Source: an uncultured virus (IMG/VR IMGVR_UViG_2821954623_000003) (lineage: Duplodnaviria; Heunggongvirae; Uroviricota; Caudoviricetes). From it: a stretch of 20,000 bases of DNA. The stretch lies in the IMG/VR virus record IMGVR_UViG_2821954623_000003; one strand, written 5' to 3'. The notes under the pieces are model-generated. The model worked only from the letters and a program-made list of their open reading frames with translations, had not been told where the DNA came from and did not search any database. The translations under genes were made by a program, and so were the position numbers. The first letter of the stretch is position 1, and the number at the start of each line of letters is the position of its first letter. This document shows, piece by piece, positions 1 through 9,046 of this stretch.

Positions 1-2278
1 GCAAGCAGGCAAGATTAGTGAGAAGTTAACAAGTGTAGAAAAGCAAGCAAATACTCTAACAAATAAAACAACTGAGATTGCAAAAAGTGTGGATGGAATC
101 AGAGAAACAGTAACAAAAGTAGAAAATAATCAGGGGGGATTTGATAAGCGTGTAACAGCAGTAGAGAAAAACGTTGAAGGTTTTTCTCAAAATGTTAGTA
201 AGTTACAAGAAACACAAACGGCACAAGGTAAACAGATTTTTGACGCTCAATCTACAATCAAACAACATTCTGACGCGCTTGATATGACCTTGAAAATGAA
301 AGATGTTGAGAACTATGTAGGCGGTCTTGGATCTATTAATGAGATTCGTGACGCTGGTTTTACTCAAGGGAATAAATACTGGGGTTGGGCTACTGGGCAC
401 TCTATAGATACTAACCTAAAGTACAAAGGATACAATTCATTTTCTATGCACACTACAGGACAAACCCAGGATGTATGGTGGGGTGCTTTTAGTCAATTTA
501 TAGATTGTTCTCCTAATGAAGATATTGTTATTTCTGCTTACGTTAACACTGATGGAAAAGTTCCTATTGATAATGGTGTATTTATCGAGATGGAGTTTTG
601 GCAATCGAATAAAACAACCCGAATTTCAACTGCTAGGGAAAGAGTTCAAATCATTACTAATACTTGGGTCAGGGCTATTTGTACAGCTAAAGCTCCGGCA
701 GGAACTGGATTTGTAAGGTTTCGACCATACGTACAAAGAAATGGTAGAGCTTGGTTCTCTATGCCTATGCTGCAGCGAGGTAAAGTCGCTACAGAATTTT
801 GGTTACATCCGAAAGATCAAACTGATGCTGATAAAATGATTGAAGATATTGCTAATAGAGTAGCTACTAAGGATTACGATAAAAAAGTAACAGAGTTAGA
901 AAGAAGTATCAGCGCTACTGAAAAAGGCGTTTCAATTATTAGTGGAAAACAAGAAACGTTTATAAATGAGACGTATAATGCCTATGTAAAGAAAACAGAA
1001 TCTAGGTTAGAAGTGTTAGATGAAGGGATTCTAGCACAGATTTTAAAGGATGGCATCATGACTTCTATCAATATGTCACCTGGTAAGATTACAATTGATG
1101 CCGAAAAACTGAATATTAATGCCGATACAATAGTTAAATGGCTAACAGCAAAAGGAATTGATGCTGATGTTATTAAAATCAGTGGTGATAAAGTAACAAT
1201 TGATAAGAATGGTATTACAGCAAAAATGGCTGACTTCTTTTTTGAAGATGAGCGTGGGCAGAAATTTTCAGTAACACCAAGGAAGAATCTCATTCCAGAT
1301 CATGACTTTTCACACATTTCTTTTAAGAATTTTAATAATTATTTTTTGAAGATTGAATACAGTCCTACATGGACAATTATGTCTAATCCATATATTGAGA
1401 AACCAGTGGTTAATAATTATGAGCCAATGGTTAATCCGTTGCGGATAGATTTAGGAAACTGGATTCGTTTTACATTATTTGATGGTGTAAAACCAGGTAA
1501 GAATTACACATTGTCGGCTCATTTCAGAGCAACTACCAATGATAATCGTGTAAACATTACAAACAAGCCAATCATGAGAGCGGTATTCGGTAAATATAAC
1601 GGTGACACTCCCGTGGAGCTTGGACGAGCATCAAAAACTTACGATGCACCAAGCATTCAAACTGGAAAAATAGTAAGATACGCTTTAACCTTCACTGTGC
1701 CGAGTAACTATGTAGAAGGAAATGGTTATGTTTATATTGATTTATTTGGCGAGGGGCTCTTAAATAATATGCAAGCAATTGCTGTATCAGGTGTTCAGTT
1801 GGTGGAAGGTGACGTTCCTTCCGTTTATAACTGGGATACAACACATGGAGAACTCGTAAACGGAACACTGCCTTTTTCTACAATTGCACTTGGTACAAGA
1901 GATAATACAATTCGGTACAATCATGTGAACAAATGGAACTATATGAATGCGCCACTTGAAATTATGAACAATGGTGAAATGATGGCACTCGTTGGAACTG
2001 ATCGTGCGGGACTTAGTTTTTATCCCCGTGGCGGTGGAGAACGTAGAAGTTACATCGGTCACATTTACAACAATGAAAATAGATTCCGAATTGAATCAAA
2101 AGATCCTGTTGCAACGACACAATCAATTGAATGTAATGGGATTAACGTATGTGGTGGATACTTTGGTGCTAATGCAGGTTCTATTCATTATACAAATGGT
2201 AGCTTAGGTTTAGGGTGGTATTTCCATGATGGTAGATGGAATTATGTTGATTTCACAAATATGACTTCTAGAACATAG
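1..2278 (+). CDS. Phage tail / minor structural protein, 5' partial (coiled coil, two carbohydrate-binding-like beta domains, C-terminal beta-rich tip)
   Basis: The frame of ORF 89..2278 is open back to position 2, so the true start lies outside the window. N-terminal heptad-like segment, 'INMSPGKITIDAEKLNI' segment typical of siphophage tail proteins, two CBM-like blocks ending PMLQRG and VQLVEG; located just upstream of the lysis genes. Confidence 0.85.
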   Translation, partial: QAGKISEKLTSVEKQANTLTNKTTEIAKSVDGIRETVTKVENNQGGFDKRVTAVEKNVEGFSQNVSKLQETQTAQGKQIFDAQSTIKQHSDALDMTLKMKDVENYVGGLGSINEIRDAGFTQGNKYWGWATGHSIDTNLKYKGYNSFSMHTTGQTQDVWWGAFSQFIDCSPNEDIVISAYVNTDGKVPIDNGVFIEMEFWQSNKTTRISTARERVQIITNTWVRAICTAKAPAGTGFVRFRPYVQRNGRAWFSMPMLQRGKVATEFWLHPKDQTDADKMIEDIANRVATKDYDKKVTELERSISATEKGVSIISGKQETFINETYNAYVKKTESRLEVLDEGILAQILKDGIMTSINMSPGKITIDAEKLNINADTIVKWLTAKGIDADVIKISGDKVTIDKNGITAKMADFFFEDERGQKFSVTPRKNLIPDHDFSHISFKNFNNYFLKIEYSPTWTIMSNPYIEKPVVNNYEPMVNPLRIDLGNWIRFTLFDGVKPGKNYTLSAHFRATTNDNRVNITNKPIMRAVFGKYNGDTPVELGRASKTYDAPSIQTGKIVRYALTFTVPSNYVEGNGYVYIDLFGEGLLNNMQAIAVSGVQLVEGDVPSVYNWDTTHGELVNGTLPFSTIALGTRDNTIRYNHVNKWNYMNAPLEIMNNGEMMALVGTDRAGLSFYPRGGGERRSYIGHIYNNENRFRIESKDPVATTQSIECNGINVCGGYFGANAGSIHYTNGSLGLGWYFHDGRWNYVDFTNMTSRT

Positions 2279-2286
2279 AGAGGGAG

Positions 2287-2691
2287 ATGAGTATGAATTC
2301 AGACAAATTTATGCGTCCAATGCCACCTAATGAACAGTCACCATTCTTAGGTAGAGTAGTTGATTTGAAGAAAGGTGAAAATCAAGTCACCGTTAGCATT
2401 CCAAACGATATGCTAGAATTTTGCGGTATCAAGGAAGATACAAAAGTTGAAGTTTGGGGACTTCCTGATGGCACGTTGAATATGCGGATTGCTACTGCAT
2501 GTGACTTATGTAATAAGGGTGGCAGAGTTTACGAGATTGAGCTTTTCGGTAAAGTAAGTCTTATCTGTGCAGACGATTATGTAAAGCTAACTGGGAAGAG
2601 CCCAGGGGCTTCTGATGAAGTAACAATTGAACATGTGGAAGAAGTAGAAAATAGAATGATAGAAGAAGCATTATCAGCAGATCAGTATTAA
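2287..2691 (+). CDS. AbrB/MazE/SpoVT-family DNA-binding protein with C-terminal Cys motif
   Basis: GRVVD...QVTVSIPNDMLEFCGIKEDTKVEV fits the AbrB swapped-hairpin pattern; followed by CDLC...ICADD and an acidic tail; RBS GAGGGAG upstream. Confidence 0.7.
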   Translation: MSMNSDKFMRPMPPNEQSPFLGRVVDLKKGENQVTVSIPNDMLEFCGIKEDTKVEVWGLPDGTLNMRIATACDLCNKGGRVYEIELFGKVSLICADDYVKLTGKSPGASDEVTIEHVEEVENRMIEEALSADQY

Positions 2692-2985
2692 CTAAATACA
2701 TGTAAACAAGTAGGGCAGCCATGAGCTGTTTTTAATTTTGAATAAAATACGGTTTTTATAGGCACTCGAAGGGATGTTTTTCTTTTATCTATTTATTTTA
2801 TATCTAATTTAGTAGATTCTTTATGGGAAATGGTAATTAAAGGAGAAAGATATAGTGATTTATAACAAGGAGCTGATAGGATTTCTTTGTTTGTTAAATA
2901 CTTCAAAAATATTTAATTATAATATCAAGTAATAGTGATATAATTGTTGGTGTTATATATCCAATTTAATATCAGGAGGTATATT

Positions 2986-4359
2986 ATGAAAAAGAAATTT
3001 ATGCTAATGATGCTTCTGCTTATATTGATGGTAGGATTACATCCTAATTCAATGACAAAAGCAGAAACCACTAGTACACAAGGGAAACAATTTGAACAAG
3101 GAAAATATGATTTAGAGGCAGAAGCTCCTTTCGGGCAACACTGGAACAGAAACTCTCCTTATGCAGGGACAGAAACACCTAATGTAAAATGGGAAAATAA
3201 ACTCTATGATAAAGATGGGGGGGGAAATTTCAGTAATCAACCCGCAATTGGGCGTGACGGTACAATCTATATAGGAAATTACAATGGCAAATTATATGCT
3301 TTTAATAAAGATGGTTCAACTAAATGGATTAAAGATAACTTAATTACGAATTATGGTTCACCAGTTATAGCCGAAGATGGGACTATTTATGTGCCTGGCT
3401 ATCAATTAACAGCTTTAAATCCAGATGGATCGATTAAATGGCAGATTAAAATAAACGCCGTTGAAACACCAATTATAGGTAAAGATGGGACTATTTACGT
3501 ACATAATAACGGTAGACATCGATTAGAAGCCTATAACCCTGATGGTACGTTGAAGTGGGAATCAAGTGAAATTTTTAGTGGAAGAAACCAAGTACTTTCT
3601 TCGATGCTCTCACAAAATGGAACAATTTATACTGTAGTTACAAGTGGCGAGACTAATTATCTTTATGCTCATGACCAGAATGGCAAAGAATTATGGAAAA
3701 AATATGTTTGGAGTAATGGAGGTAATACCGGATTTACTCTTGGTTTAAATGATGAAATATATATTAATGGTGGGAGTAAGTTTTATGTGTTTGATAAAAA
3801 TGGGGATTTAATAAAAGAATGGAAATGGCATCCTTACAACCCTTCATATGCATTTTCTGCTCCTGCTATTAATGCTAAAGATGGAACAATTTATGTCAGC
3901 GGGGCAGATGGATTATATGCCTATAATCCAGATTATACATTGAAGTGGAAATATGTCGCTAATCGTTTTACCGGTGCACCAATAATAGATAAAAATGGTG
4001 TAGTTTATATTACTACAAATGGTATTGGCGGAGTATATGCAATAAACCCAGATGGTACACTTAAATGGAGACTCCCAAAGACATATAATATAGTAGATAA
4101 CTTTTCAAATAGTTCTATGACCCTTGGTAAAGATGGAACATTATATGCTATGGCAAGTGGAGGAACTGGATATTATTCACTAATTGCTATTGGTGACTCT
4201 TATACAGACACTGTATGCACTAAAGATAGTACATACATGGAAGTGCTTAAATCGTTGGAAGCAAAGAGTAAAAATGCTAAATTAACAGATGAAGAGAAGT
4301 CGGAAGCACGTGATATTTTAAAGAAATTATCGGATGATCTTGATAAAACAGATAAATAA
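2986..4359 (+). CDS. Secreted PQQ-like/BamB-type beta-propeller repeat protein (moron)
   Basis: RBS AGGAGG precedes ATG 2986. Signal peptide MKKKFMLMMLLLILMVG...AE. Many repeats of P.I..DGTIY...LYA.NPDG.LKW. Has its own AT-rich upstream region and a downstream hairpin. Confidence 0.85.
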   Translation: MKKKFMLMMLLLILMVGLHPNSMTKAETTSTQGKQFEQGKYDLEAEAPFGQHWNRNSPYAGTETPNVKWENKLYDKDGGGNFSNQPAIGRDGTIYIGNYNGKLYAFNKDGSTKWIKDNLITNYGSPVIAEDGTIYVPGYQLTALNPDGSIKWQIKINAVETPIIGKDGTIYVHNNGRHRLEAYNPDGTLKWESSEIFSGRNQVLSSMLSQNGTIYTVVTSGETNYLYAHDQNGKELWKKYVWSNGGNTGFTLGLNDEIYINGGSKFYVFDKNGDLIKEWKWHPYNPSYAFSAPAINAKDGTIYVSGADGLYAYNPDYTLKWKYVANRFTGAPIIDKNGVVYITTNGIGGVYAINPDGTLKWRLPKTYNIVDNFSNSSMTLGKDGTLYAMASGGTGYYSLIAIGDSYTDTVCTKDSTYMEVLKSLEAKSKNAKLTDEEKSEARDILKKLSDDLDKTDK

Positions 4360-4394
4360 ACTTAATTTGATTAATACAATTGAATGGTTTTTGA

Positions 4395-4425
4395 GAAAAG
4401 AGGGACAAGCGTCTCTCTTTTTTAT
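4395..4425 (+). terminator. Probable intrinsic terminator after the beta-propeller gene
   Basis: AAAAGAGGGAC-AAGC-GTCTCTCTTTTTT hairpin with U-tract. Confidence 0.55.
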
Positions 4426-4446
4426 TATAAATAAGGAGATGGAAAG

Positions 4447-4872
4447 ATGGATCGTATTGATGTATTAATGAAAGCATTTATTGCTACATTTGGTGGCTTC
4501 TGTGGTTACTTTTTGGGAGGATGGGATGCTACATTGAAAATCTTAGTAATAATGGCAGTTATTGATTATTTAACTGGCATGATAGCAGCAGGATACAATG
4601 GAGAATTAAAAAGTAAAGTTGGTTTCAAAGGCATCGCCAAAAAGGTGGTGCTTTTTCTTTTGGTCGGCGCAGCCGCTCAATTAGATACAGCACTTGGAAG
4701 TAATAGTGCTATTCGGGAAGCGACAATCTTTTTCTTTATCGGAAATGAATTGCTTTCACTTTTAGAAAATGCAGGACGTATGGGAATACCTTTACCTTCA
4801 GCATTAACAAATGCAGTTGAAATTTTAGGTGGCAAACAAAAACAAGAAGAGAAAAAAGGAGATGTTGAATAG
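4447..4872 (+). CDS. Phage holin (toxin secretion/phage lysis holin family)
   Basis: Hydrophobic segments with DYLTGMIAA...LKSKVGFKGIAKK and NELLSLLENAGRMGIPLP motifs; stop overlaps endolysin start (TAGTG). Confidence 0.93.
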   Translation: MDRIDVLMKAFIATFGGFCGYFLGGWDATLKILVIMAVIDYLTGMIAAGYNGELKSKVGFKGIAKKVVLFLLVGAAAQLDTALGSNSAIREATIFFFIGNELLSLLENAGRMGIPLPSALTNAVEILGGKQKQEEKKGDVE

Positions 4873-5633
4873 TGGGTAAATATAGTTTGCATGGTGGTCA
4901 TACTGAATTTGTACAAGGAGCTAACTGTGGGAATCGAAAAGAACATATTATGGACCGTCAGGTAAAGGATGCAGTTGCAGTTAAGTTAAGAGCTTTAGGA
5001 CATACAGTTTATGATGATACGGACGAGGTTGGTAGAACTCAAGCGCAAAACTTAAATAACATCGTTCGCAACTGTAATTCTCATAGTGTGGACCTTGTAA
5101 TTTCATTTCACTTAAACGCATATAACGGAAATGCTAATGGAGTTGAGGTATGTTACTACGATCAGCAATCTTTGGCAGCAAAAGTATCAGCACAACTTGC
5201 AAAAGATATTGGTTGGTCTAATCGTGGTGCTAAAGAGCGTAAAGACCTTGCTGTACTTCGTGGAACTAAAGCACCAGCAATCCTAATCGAACTTGGATTC
5301 ATCGATAACGAGTCCGATATGGCTAAATGGGATGTAGATAAGATTGCTAATTCCATTGTATACGCATTGACTGGACAAACTGTTGGAGGTAGCCAACCAA
5401 CCGCACCAACTCCACCATTTAATCAAAAACGTAATGTTGTAGAGGCAGGAGGAATCGGTAGAGAAAATTTAGCTGATATAGTAGGAGCTTTAAATTCAGT
5501 TCACATGACGGGTAATTTAAACCTTAAAAGTGATGGGTACATTTATCCTGTAACTGATCCAACTAGCGACGCTCAATTAAAAGCATTCACTGACTATCTT
5601 GATCGCAAAGGCTGGGTATATACAGTTAAGTAA
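4872..5633 (+). CDS. Endolysin, N-acetylmuramoyl-L-alanine amidase (Amidase_3) with C-terminal cell-wall-binding domain
   Basis: Zn-amidase motifs HGGH..E, SFHLNA, ILIELGFIDN; Pro/Thr linker; PlyG/PlyL-like C-terminus (DAQLKAFTDYLDRKGW). Confidence 0.93.
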   Translation: MGKYSLHGGHTEFVQGANCGNRKEHIMDRQVKDAVAVKLRALGHTVYDDTDEVGRTQAQNLNNIVRNCNSHSVDLVISFHLNAYNGNANGVEVCYYDQQSLAAKVSAQLAKDIGWSNRGAKERKDLAVLRGTKAPAILIELGFIDNESDMAKWDVDKIANSIVYALTGQTVGGSQPTAPTPPFNQKRNVVEAGGIGRENLADIVGALNSVHMTGNLNLKSDGYIYPVTDPTSDAQLKAFTDYLDRKGWVYTVK

Positions 5634-5675
5634 AACATACTATGTAACAGCAAATAAACCTTACGTATTTGTGAA

Positions 5676-5714
5676 ATAAAAAAAGTGCTCATAATGTGAG
5701 CACTCTTTTTTTAT
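5676..5714. terminator. Bidirectional intrinsic terminator
   Basis: AAAAAAAGTGCTCA-TAATG-TGAGCACTCTTTTTTT between convergent genes. Confidence 0.8.
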
Positions 5715-6211
5715 CTGAATTTTTTGTTGTAACGGTACAACATAGTAGCAGCTTCAGCTCTTGTTGCTGCATCGTTTCCGCGACTACCGTCATAAAGACC
5801 CTTATCTGTTCCCCATGCAATCGAGTTACTGAATCCACCATTAGGTGTCCATGCTTTGGTGTTAAAACGTACTGCATAGAGCGTAGCTATCATTTCATTA
5901 CGAGTAATATAGCTCCCCCCACGAGTTCCGTCAGAATACCCTCTACTCATCATATACTGACGTGCTTCGTCGTAATTTTTAACCCAATGCCCATTGAAGC
6001 GAGAAACCATCATCCAAACATCTTGTCGAAGTGCAGGACTATCTCGGTAATCATTTCGCATAATTCCTTTTCTGAAAGCCCAATCAATTTCCTGATCAGC
6101 CCAATGTGCTGAAGCTTCTTTCGGGGCGATTGTTGCGAACCCTGTAGATAACGTAATAGCAGCAATTGCAACAACTATAACCTTTTTAAGTTTTTTTAAC
6201 ATCTTTTCCAT
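5711..6211 (-). CDS. Exported protein with degenerate SLH-like repeats
   Basis: Signal peptide ending EASA; HWADQEIDWA...GIM, ITRNEMIATLY and ATRAEAATMLYR are SLH-like motifs. Start could be 6202. Confidence 0.7.
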   Translation of the reverse strand: MEKMLKKLKKVIVVAIAAITLSTGFATIAPKEASAHWADQEIDWAFRKGIMRNDYRDSPALRQDVWMMVSRFNGHWVKNYDEARQYMMSRGYSDGTRGGSYITRNEMIATLYAVRFNTKAWTPNGGFSNSIAWGTDKGLYDGSRGNDAATRAEAATMLYRYNKKFR

Positions 6212-6382
6212 TCCTTCCCTATGTGCTTGTCACTTACGTTATATTAATATATTAAAATTACTAAGTAAATAGATATAACGAAATTCACGGTATTCTTTTA
6301 GTAATAATTTGTGAACTTAACAAGAAAGTGGAATTATATATATGATGTTATTTCCTACAAAAGAATAGTTTGATTAACAAAA

Positions 6383-6414
6383 ATAAGAGCCGTCCTGTTG
6401 GGCGGCTTGTTTTT
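6383..6414. terminator. Intrinsic terminator after yolD-like gene
   Basis: AGCCGTCC-TGTT-GGGCGGCT hairpin flanked by A/T runs. Confidence 0.7.
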
Positions 6415-6754
6415 ATTTTGCATCAATAATATCAATAAATTTCAACGTCATATTATTGTAAAATGCATCCGTACAAATTATAGATTTATTCAGCGGATCA
6501 ATATCAACAACGGTCATATAGTTAGTAAGTAAAAAACCACCTTCGTAATATGTAATCATTATTTCTTCTTCAGAAAGCAACGAACATAATAGCATGTTCT
6601 CAATCAGTTCTTGTTCATCTTGGGTTAATGTAGGGCGTTCTACTTTCGTCTTTTCTTTAACAATCTTACGGATACCAGCGAATTGCTCCGGCATCGCAGC
6701 GAACGGAGTCCATTTAACCATTCCTCTTCCTTTTGGCATATTAGCGTTGTTCAT
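6413..6754 (-). CDS. yolD: YolD-like family protein
   Basis: RGMVKWTPFAAMPEQ signature; start overlaps the stop of the Y-family polymerase. Confidence 0.88.
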   Translation of the reverse strand: MNNANMPKGRGMVKWTPFAAMPEQFAGIRKIVKEKTKVERPTLTQDEQELIENMLLCSLLSEEEIMITYYEGGFLLTNYMTVVDIDPLNKSIICTDAFYNNMTLKFIDIIDAK

Positions 6755-8016
6755 GCTTTATGTCCCCCTAACAATGTGTTTCTGTATCTTGCTGTTGCAC
6801 TATTTGTATACGAAATTCCTCGTAATATGCTGTTCTTACCAAATTTAGTGCGTATTTCGTCCATTACTTTAGTTAGTTTCAATTCTTTTTCTCTTTGTAT
6901 TACATTATCGAATAGTGAGATTTGTTCTTCGCCTTCATTGATTAAGTTAGTTAAAGAAACATTGATGGATCTAATGGGCTCCCCAGTATAAAACTCATGT
7001 AAAAAATATGTACAAATCTTATAAATATCCATTGTTAAATTAGTTGGTCGGTTCATAGTGTGAGTTTTTTTGAAACCACCAGAATAATTTTTGCTGTAAC
7101 CAATGGAAAAATGAATAGTTTGAGCTAGTTTGTTTTGTCTTCGCATTCGATAACAAACTTCTTCGATATGCTCTAGTAGAATAATTGGGAATTCCTCTAT
7201 TGTGTAATCACGCATTAGTATTTGGCTTTTACCAATAGAAGTTGTTGCTGGAACGTATTTTTCTGATATACGGCTAAAATCAATGCCGTTGCTATGTAAG
7301 TGTAGTTCTTCACCAATAACGCCAAAACTTTGTTTTAAGTATTTAAGCGGGTACTGCGCTAAGTCTCCGATTGAATGTATCCCCTTTCGGTTTAACTTCG
7401 CTTCTGTTTTACCTGAAATCCCCCAAAATTTATTAAGTGGTCGTATTGGCCATAATTTTATGGGTACATCTTCGTACTTCCAGTATGCTATGCAATCTTT
7501 CGTTTTCTTCGCTTCCACATCTAACGCTACTTTGCTCATTAAAGGATTAGGGCCAATTCCTATCGTGCATTCAATTCGTGTCTTCGCATATATTTCACGT
7601 TTAAATTTCAATGCGAAATCATATGGGTCGTTAGCAAACAAATGAATACTATCCGTAATATCCATAAAGAATTCATCAATGGAATATTGGTGGAAATCCT
7701 CAACAGGAACATATTGTAGAGCTAGTTTCGTGATGAAATTGGAGCATTTTATGTAAGTACTCATAATTGGATTCACCACGAGAACATCTTTACGACGAGG
7801 TATTTCATACAACCGTGCCATTTTCTTAACACCTAACGCTTTTAATGGTGGCGTTGCAGCCAAAACAATAGAACCACTCCTATTCACATCACCAACTACA
7901 GCTAATTTTGTATGAAGCGGGTCTAATCCCATCTTGATACAACTGACTGAAGCATAAAAGCTACGAAGATCTACACATAAAACAATTCGGTTTGGCAATA
8001 TTGAATAGTCATACAC
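6751..8016 (-). CDS. Y-family (UmuC/UvrX-like) translesion DNA polymerase
   Basis: CVDLRSFYASV, YSIDEFFMD, GIGPNPLMSKVALD motifs; QISLF clamp-binding motif; GTG start with RBS TAGGGGG. Confidence 0.95.
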   Translation of the reverse strand: MYDYSILPNRIVLCVDLRSFYASVSCIKMGLDPLHTKLAVVGDVNRSGSIVLAATPPLKALGVKKMARLYEIPRRKDVLVVNPIMSTYIKCSNFITKLALQYVPVEDFHQYSIDEFFMDITDSIHLFANDPYDFALKFKREIYAKTRIECTIGIGPNPLMSKVALDVEAKKTKDCIAYWKYEDVPIKLWPIRPLNKFWGISGKTEAKLNRKGIHSIGDLAQYPLKYLKQSFGVIGEELHLHSNGIDFSRISEKYVPATTSIGKSQILMRDYTIEEFPIILLEHIEEVCYRMRRQNKLAQTIHFSIGYSKNYSGGFKKTHTMNRPTNLTMDIYKICTYFLHEFYTGEPIRSINVSLTNLINEGEEQISLFDNVIQREKELKLTKVMDEIRTKFGKNSILRGISYTNSATARYRNTLLGGHKA

Positions 8017-8036
8017 CGTTATTCCCCCTAAATAAC

Positions 8037-8073
8037 AGAACGTTAGTTCTTATTATATACGAATGTATGTTCT
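8037..8073 (-). promoter_or_regulatory. Two LexA (SOS/Cheo) boxes flanking the -10 of the polymerase promoter
   Basis: AGAACGTTAGTTCT (8037-8050, exact GAAC-N4-GTTC) and CGAATGTATGTTCT (8060-8073, one mismatch); minus-strand TATAAT at 8052-8057 between them. Confidence 0.88.
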
Positions 8074-8139
8074 TTTATGAAGAGGTTTTTTCAAAAAAAT
8101 AATCAGCCCGAATTTATTGAGCTGATTATTACTAAATTA

Positions 8140-8427
8140 TTAGCCATTAATTGACCATCCGCCATATGGTGGATAATATCCAACTGAACCCCATCCTCCG
8201 TAGGGAAATCCGCTACTTGAAGTCCAACTTCCATATGGTAAGAAACCACCTGAAGTCCAGCCCCCATATGGCGATACAACCATACCACCACCTGTAGTCC
8301 AACCTCCTGTATAAAATTGCTGTGGTGGTAAAAAACCACTAGAACCACTACCATGACCACCATGACTCATAAAATCTCTAGGTGAAATTGAATTGTAAAT
8401 TCCTGTAGAACAATAATAAGAATTCAT
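8140..8427 (-). CDS. Small Gly/Ser/Tyr/Trp-rich repeat protein (95 aa), function unknown
   Basis: Strong RBS AAGGAGGG before ATG 8427; five motifs YTGGW, PYGGW, PYGSW, PYGGW, PYGGW. Confidence 0.65.
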   Translation of the reverse strand: MNSYYCSTGIYNSISPRDFMSHGGHGSGSSGFLPPQQFYTGGWTTGGGMVVSPYGGWTSGGFLPYGSWTSSSGFPYGGWGSVGYYPPYGGWSING

Positions 8428-8531
8428 TTTATCCCTCCTTTTTAATATTCCATACAATTTATATGTATTTTTAAAAAAATTTTTAGTTCAAGTGAAGGAA
8501 AATAAAAGAAGCCTCATTCTAACGAACGAAG

Positions 8532-8753
8532 CTACATCCAAAAATCATTTTCATTTATGTTTTTTCCTAATTTTTTCAATCCCCTTGTTATTTGGGATAT
8601 AGTCGAAAATTTAGGTGCGTATTCTTTATCGTTACATACTTTCGAAATCGTACCTCTACTTAACTTGGCGGCCTTCTCTAAATCCCCTTGTGTAATTCCT
8701 TGCTTGTCTAACCAGCGCCCGAACTTACTACGTTTTTTACCTAATCCGAACAA
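8532..8753 (-). CDS. XRE-family helix-turn-helix transcriptional regulator
   Basis: ITQGDLEKAAKLSRGTISKVCN HTH; likely TTG start at 8753 after RBS GAGGTGG; divergent from the FtsK gene. Confidence 0.85.
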   Translation of the reverse strand: MFGLGKKRSKFGRWLDKQGITQGDLEKAAKLSRGTISKVCNDKEYAPKFSTISQITRGLKKLGKNINENDFWM

Positions 8754-8770
8754 TATTACCACCTCAACCA

Positions 8771-8800
8771 TAGCTTGCCCTTTTCGTCATTTTTTTAAAC
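8771..8800 (-). promoter_or_regulatory. Candidate sigma-F/sigma-B-type promoter for the HTH gene, with a Spo0A-box-like heptamer in the spacer
   Basis: Minus strand GTTTA-N15-GGGCAAGCTA; TGACGAA (TGNCGAA) at 8783-8789. Confidence 0.5.
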
Positions 8801-9046
8801 AAGAGAAAAAAACTGACATAAAGACCAAACAGTGCAAAATACCATTTACCATACCAAACAAATTACGATTCTCTGTTCCAAATTAATAGCCTTTTAAAAC
8901 TTCGTTTCACCTATTCCAAATAGGATTCGCTCACAGAATAATGCTTCAGACATTGAAAGACTAATAGTTTCAACGATTCATATCTGTTTTCATCTCTTCT
9001 AATCTTTAGGGACTATTCTTGCAGAATACACAAAAATAGGTGGTGT

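Noticed and set aside
1900..2278. Tail C-terminus as a diversity-generating retroelement target
   Set aside because: No second copy (template repeat) and no reverse transcriptase seen in the window.
8440..8500. Sigma-K/E promoter for the Gly-rich peptide (CATATAAAT on the minus strand)
   Set aside because: Imperfect -10 and no correctly spaced -35 in very AT-rich DNA.
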